Shown here: piece by piece, positions 58,277 to 64,000 of the stretch
How positions within the stretch are numbered: the first letter of the stretch is position 1
Layout: each line of letters begins with the position of its first letter
NCBI RefSeq assembly: GCF_964188315.1
Contig: NC_135667.1
Location: 24,552,001-24,616,000 of the forward strand
Reading direction: 5' to 3'
DNA from: Podarcis muralis
Lineage: Eukaryota
Length of the DNA stretch: 64,000 nt
The notes under the pieces: model-generated
Database searches by the model: none
The model's input: only the letters and a program-made list of their open reading frames with translations
What the model was told of the DNA's origin: nothing
Program-made: the position numbers and the translations under genes

Positions 58277-59251
58277 ATGTCCAACACAAGCACAGTAACA
58301 TACTTTCTACTTGTGGGTTTCTCTGAGATTCAAGAACTGCCCAAACTAAACTTCATAATGTTTCTCATAATATATTTTGTTGCCTTAATGGGAAATATTC
58401 TCATAATAACCACCGTAGTTCTCAATGTCCACCTCCATACCCCAATGTATTTCTTTGTCCTAAATCTATCCATTGTTGACCTTGGATACATTTCAGCCAC
58501 TATCCCCAAAGCCATGACAAATTCCTTAATGAAGACTAGAGTGATCCGATATGCTCATTGTGTTGTCCAGTTATTTTCATTTGTTCTCTGTGGTGCATGT
58601 GAATTTTTCCTCTTGACAGTCATGGCCTATGACCGCTACATTGCCATTTGTCATCCACTGCATTATGAAACCGTAATGAGCAGAGGCAGATGCATTCAAC
58701 TGGCATGCTTTGCATGGACATTTGGCCTTCTAACAGCAACATTGCACACTGGGGCCACATTTGCAAGTCCCTTCTGCTCCATCGTCATCAACCAGTTCTT
58801 CTGTGAAATACCACAGATGCTCAGACTATCCTGCTCTGACTTGTATATTCTTGAAGTTGGAGCTGTTGGTCTGACTGGCTGTTTATATTTTGGATGCTTC
58901 CTTTTCATCCTTGCATCTTATGTGCAGATATTTAAAGCAGTGATGAGAATCCCCTCTGTACAAGGAAGGCAGAAGGCCTTCTCTACCTGCCTGCCCCATA
59001 TAATTGTACTATCCATGTTCTACTTCTTTGGTGTCTTTGCCTACATGCGGCCAGTCAATAGGATTCCATCGCCAATGGATCTGATTGCTGCTGTAGCCTA
59101 TTGTGTTGTGCCACCATTGATGAATCCAATAATATATAGCATGAGAAACAAGGATATCAAAGGAGGACTCTGGAAACTGATTGCCTGGAAATCTCCTGGG
59201 AAGACAATTGTCCAATTGTCACTGCTCACTTCAGCATTTGCTCCTTCATGA
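58277..59251 (+). CDS. Olfactory receptor, family-14-like (OR-F), 324 aa
   Basis: LHTPMYFF, MAYDRYIAICHPL, NQFFCEIPQ, KAFSTC and MNPIIYSMRN motifs; acceptor tcctttccag at 58250. Confidence 0.96.
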   Translation: MSNTSTVTYFLLVGFSEIQELPKLNFIMFLIIYFVALMGNILIITTVVLNVHLHTPMYFFVLNLSIVDLGYISATIPKAMTNSLMKTRVIRYAHCVVQLFSFVLCGACEFFLLTVMAYDRYIAICHPLHYETVMSRGRCIQLACFAWTFGLLTATLHTGATFASPFCSIVINQFFCEIPQMLRLSCSDLYILEVGAVGLTGCLYFGCFLFILASYVQIFKAVMRIPSVQGRQKAFSTCLPHIIVLSMFYFFGVFAYMRPVNRIPSPMDLIAAVAYCVVPPLMNPIIYSMRNKDIKGGLWKLIAWKSPGKTIVQLSLLTSAFAPS

Positions 59252-59830
59252 AAATTCTCAAATTGTAATTATTTGTTAATAATGTAGCTGATGGAAAATA
59301 AGTGCTGGTTAAACTTTTCCTATATTTATCTTTTTAATAAAATAAAATAAAAACCTGAAGGAGCCTGAGAGAGACATCCTCACTGAAGATGGGTGCTGGG
59401 TAACATGACTTATATTTGGGGTTCATTAATAGAGAAAATTCACCCTTGTGAAGAGGTCTACAATTAACTGACTGTGGTAGCATTTGAGATTTCACAGCAG
59501 CAAGGTATTATTGTTCAGGGAACTCTGCCCAGTGTCTCCTCACTCCTCACCAGAGGTTCAAAGTATATCAAACAAAACTGTGTGTTTTTTTAATTACACT
59601 CTATGAGGGTTTAACACTGGATAGTTTAATATCTGTAATAAGTAAGGCACACATCTTGGTTTTAAACACAAATTCTGAACATTTTAAAAATGGGTCCTCT
59701 GATGCATGTTTGGGTTAAAAGCGGGTCCTGAGACGAAAAAGGTTTAAGACTACTTGTTCACTGGAGGGCACCATGTTCACTACTCCTGCTTTGTGCAAAT
59801 TTATTATAACAACATAACATAACATAACAT

Positions 59831-60035
59831 AGCCTCTCCTCCTCCCGGAGGGGAGGGATTGTGATCAGGAACTGTTCCCACGCTTTGCAGGGGGCATTCC
59901 GGCCCCTGCTCAACGTCACTGCTGATGCGCCACGCTCTCCGGTCAGTCTTCCAATCGGTGTGAAGCTCGGGGGGGGGGGGGTTAGCCACTTAAATGCGGC
60001 CGCGGCAGCTCTTCTCCTCATTTCACTGCTGGATT
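59831..60035 (+). mobile_element. Promoter-end fragment of the same LTR-like family
   Basis: agcctctcct...ttcccacgctttgcagggggcat aligns to the reverse complement of 13860-13966, followed by ccaat, a G-run and cttaaa. Confidence 0.65.
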
Positions 60036-60177
60036 TCATCTGGTAATATAATATATGCAAATCAATACCAGGATTCCAGTGTTGGAATAGACGGATGACT
60101 GGGAGCAGCTGCCAGGATCATATAACACCAGTCCTAAAGGATCTACATAGGCTCCCAGTACATTTCTGAGTACAATT

Positions 60178-60560
60178 CATCGTGTTGGTGCTGACCTTTA
60201 AAGCCCTAAATGGCTTTGTCCCTGCTTATCTGAAGGAGCGTCTCCACCCCCATCGTTCAGCCCGGACACTGAAGTCTACCTTTGAGGGCCTTCTGGAGGT
60301 TCCCTCACTGTGAGTAGTGAAGTTACAGGGAACCAGGCAGAGGGCCTTATCAGTAGTAGCGCCTGCCCTGTGGAACACCCTCCTGTGAGATGTCAAGGAA
60401 ATGAACAACTATCTGACTTTTAGAAGACATCTGAAGGCAGCCCTGTATAGTGAAGTTATTATGTTAGATGTCTTACTGTGTTTTAATTTGCTGGAAGCCA
60501 CCAAGAGTGGCTGGGGAAACACAGTCAGATGGGTGGCATATAAATTATTATTATTATTAA

Positions 60561-60595
<35 letters not shown>
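60178..60595 (+). mobile_element. L2 LINE 3' fragment
   Basis: gtgctgacctttaaagccctaaatggc...cagggaaccaggcagagggcc...gaagccaccaagagtggctgggg and a (tat)/(tag)n tail. Confidence 0.82.
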
Positions 60596-62190
60596 TTTAT
60601 TATACCATTACTAATACTGCTGTATATTAACAGTGCATACTCTGATGTAAAGAAAAACCATTTCCTCCTCTGTAATCCACCCACAAATAATTTAAAGTGA
60701 AGCTGTCTTTCTGGGCTGGAGGAGCATTGGACAATTTCCTGTTTGGGCTGGAGCTTTCCTCAAACAATAAGATCTTCCTGCTTCTGGCATGTTTCTGTGT
60801 TGTCCTTGCCTTTGATTCCCAACTTAACTCTTTGTTTCTAATTGACCTCAGCTTCCTGTGTGTGGCATAGTGATGAATCCAAAGGGCTTACTCAATGATA
60901 CCCGTTTTGTGGCATCTATCCAACATTTTTTCTCACTTTCTTATATTCCTTTATGTTTGCCATCTGTTATCCATCTCTAGACCTCCCCCTCCCTTCAGGA
61001 TTATATCATCCTGAAATTTCACTCATGATGCATTTAGATTTATTGCTGATGTACTCAAATATCAAGTTGAAGGCAGAAGCTGGAAAAGTTTGTGAAGAGA
61101 TTAATCTATGGCTGTAATTAAGAAGGGTTTGAATAAAATAATTTGGTTGGAATTGACACTTCAAATATTTCAGTAGCTGTTTGTTGTAAGCATTACATCA
61201 CTTCTAAAAGAAAAGTACATTTCCCCTCATTATTTCACAATCCATTGTGCTCAGCTAAATTAGCTCAAAGGCATAAGACTGTCCCTTGAGGAACAGTTAA
61301 GGTAAATTCTTCCATCAAGACCACAAACACATGAAAAACTGCCTCGATAATTACACTTCATTATATTGATTGGAAAGCATTATCTCAAAAATGTTCACCT
61401 ATTTCCCTTCTTATTTCTCTGATTTCTCTTCAGAGATATACAATAAGTGTACCATTTAAAAATAGTTGCAATAGTTAATTCAGAATTTGAATCCTCAGCA
61501 GATGAGAACTTTAATAAATCATGCTCACCTAGCATTGACCCTGAAAATCTTCCAAGTCTCACATTAAGTGAGTTGTATAGAATGTGTATTGAGTGTTCTC
61601 CTTATTTCCCTCGGAGACTAATTAAAACAGTTTGTAGATACTAATGATTCATTATTTGTGTTTCATTATTCCTGCCATCCCAGTCCAAAAAAAAATTGTC
61701 AAAATCTTACTTAGGTGTATATTTCACAGTTTTTCTGCAGAGAAAAGGGAAATAAAGCTTAGATTCAAACACTTTTTTAAAAATCCAGTGTTCCATTACA
61801 TAGGCCTACACTTTCAGTTTGTGATTAGGTCTGGTGCAATCCTATAGTACTTACATGGAAGTAAGTCCCATAAAAATCACTGGGCTTACTTCTCAGCAGT
61901 CATGACTAAGAGTCTGCTGTAACTTCCCAAAAATATGAGAATCACCCTCACATTCTCCAAAGTAACAAAAATATGACCAATGGTGACACCAGGAAAAACA
62001 ACAACAATGGGATGGGGTGGGGCATAGAGTGGTGAGAATTTGCTCCATATAGTAGATTCCTGAAAGAGAATGAATGCTATAGTACTCTATTTCACATTCA
62101 AAATACATTTCCCCTGAAGGACACCTTATAGATTTTGGGCTGTGTAGCATTCCCTTGTTTTGAAACCTAGCTTAAGATAGTGTTTGCTGA

Positions 62191-62333
62191 ATCACAGAAT
62201 CATAGAACTGCAGGCTTGGAAGGGACAGCAAAGGCCATCTAGTTCAACTTTCTGCAATGCAGTAATATTTTGTACAACTCATGACCCTGAGATTAAGAGT
62301 CTCAAGCTCTACCGGCTGAGCGATTCTCACTGA
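62191..62333 (-). mobile_element. Squam2-like SINE
   Basis: Reverse complement of the family at 26645 (agaatcatagaa...ggccatctagttcaac...gagtctcaagctctacc.gctgagc). Confidence 0.65.
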
Positions 62334-62964
62334 TCTCTACTTCTCAAAAGCTTTTCTCCTTCCACAAAAGAAGATCTTGTTTCTGTCATTTGGAGGGCAG
62401 TTGGGATTTTTTAAAAGAATTTCTCTGCAATTTCAGAGGTTGGAGGGTTGAGCTTTCCTTACTGTTGCAAGGTGGTAGAAGACGGAAGGTGTGTTATTCT
62501 AGCCATTACATATTTGTTCTGCACTCTGCAGTCTCTCTGGTCACCCATATTCATGAACTGAAAAAGGGTTCCCCTGAGCTGTAACTGAAGCACAAGGAGC
62601 TGCCAAGGCTGGCTACCAAGTGCCTGAGAATGGTGCTCTTGATGCTTTTATTTTTTAGGAATTCCTTACTTTATGTTTCCCCCCTCATTGATTTCTCTGA
62701 GGCAGCTAATTGCATAATAGATAATATGCATGTTCATTAAATTCACATAGTTTTCTTCAGAACCTTTTGTAAAATGTCAATTTATACACATTTAAATGTT
62801 AAAATGATAAATTGAATAAATGAACACAATACTTGTATTTAATTGGTTTAATAATGATACCAATTAATACATGCAATGTGGCTCAGTTATTCAGTTTATC
62901 AATTTAATGTGTAAATGGGTCTAAACTGGCATTTTACAAAAGGTTCTGAAGAAAACAGTCATTC

Positions 62965-63010
<46 letters not shown>
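62965..63010. repeat. (GATA)n microsatellite
   Basis: Read directly from the sequence. Confidence 0.97.
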
Positions 63011-63248
63011 GGTGTATGGTAGGAGCTGGGAATCTGTGGGCTTCCATACGTTGCTGGAGTCCAACTCCCATAATAGTCAGAAAGGAGAGTTCCCCAACCT
63101 TTCTGAATATGTATGTTACAGCAGCCACATCCTAGAAGATCCCTTTCCTTCTGTTAAAGATGAAGAGTGGGAATGCTTTAGTGAAGATGATGATGATGTT
63201 ATCTAGTTTGAAGATGGCCTTGTATAGAATGTGTGTAATTTGCCCGAA

Positions 63249-63249
<1 letters not shown>

Positions 63250-63294
<45 letters not shown>
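63250..63294. repeat. (TTTC)n microsatellite
   Basis: Read directly from the sequence. Confidence 0.95.
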
Positions 63295-63295
<1 letters not shown>

Positions 63296-63470
63296 ATTCC
63301 ACCTTTCCTTTCTTCCTATCCTCCTCTCTTTGTTATTGTCACAGCAGTTAGGCTGAAAGCTTGTGAGCAGCCGAAGGTCACCCAAGGTGAGCTTCATGGC
63401 TGAGTGGCGATTTGAACCCTGGTCTTCCAGATCTTAGTCCAACACTGCACTAACCACTGCACTACACCAA
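63295..63470 (-). mobile_element. Old MIR/Ther1-like SINE
   Basis: aaggtcacccaaggtgagcttcatggctgag...atttgaaccctggtctt...taaccactgcactacacca. Confidence 0.65.
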
Positions 63471-64000
63471 ATTTATATACCACTTGAGTGTAAGAAAACT
63501 CTAAGAGGTTTACACAAAAATATAAAATAAACCTTTAAGGTTGTTTTCCCTATGCATATAGGTTTTGGGTTTAAATATTTAAATAAGTAAATGTGTTCCA
63601 GTTCACCCAACCTTCTGTGTCTTGCATCCTTTGTGGTCACAATAAATGAAAGATAATTTCCCAGCTGAGTTGCTTCATGTAGCTGTTGTAGTCCCCAGGT
63701 AACAAGTTTCACAAATGCTTGGCCCCAAAAGAGAATGAGGGAGAAAAACTACCAAAATAAACCTTCAAGTCACATGCACATATACACCTCTTTAGCCGCC
63801 TTAAATACCAGAATCAGTGGAAGAAAACACTTTACTCTCCATTTAGAATCTGAATGTCCTAGTGATATGTTCATAGATTAATACAGAAACGCATAACATG
63901 ATGGGTGATCACCACAATAATTCAGAAGAAATAATCAACAGCAAGGTAATAATCTACCTTTCCCCCTCACCATCTCAATAAAAAACTCCTCTGAATGAAT

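Overview
Vertebrate genomic DNA from a squamate reptile, probably a lacertid lizard (inferred from Sauria-type and other squamate-type SINEs plus the V2R and family-14-like OR content). The window spans the boundary between two chemoreceptor gene clusters. Left (minus strand): a complete six-exon vomeronasal type-2 receptor (V2R) gene with one in-frame nonsense codon in exon 2, the 5' flank of a further V2R just off the left edge, and a V2R exon-6 fragment fused at about 9410 to OR-cluster sequence. Right (plus strand): eight intact single-coding-exon olfactory receptor genes and one OR pseudogene. Six of the nine ORs (14-40 kb) lie in a mosaic of tandem segmental duplications. One is a chimeric OR, and a deletion junction falls at the same codons as its crossover. 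Interspersed repeats include Sauria, Squam3/MIR-like and Squam2-like SINEs, L1, L2, CR1 and BovB fragments, hAT and Tc1/mariner MITEs, microsatellites and one 166-N gap. The least explained element is a family of about 0.8 kb LTR-like repeats with promoter and poly(A) motifs. They lack TG...CA ends and 4-6 bp TSDs and are instead bounded by TT; older copies may supply the poly(A) signal of the A-type OR genes. There is no CRISPR, rRNA, true tRNA or prokaryote-type system. All alignments were done by eye, and repeat family names come from recalled consensus features, not database searches.
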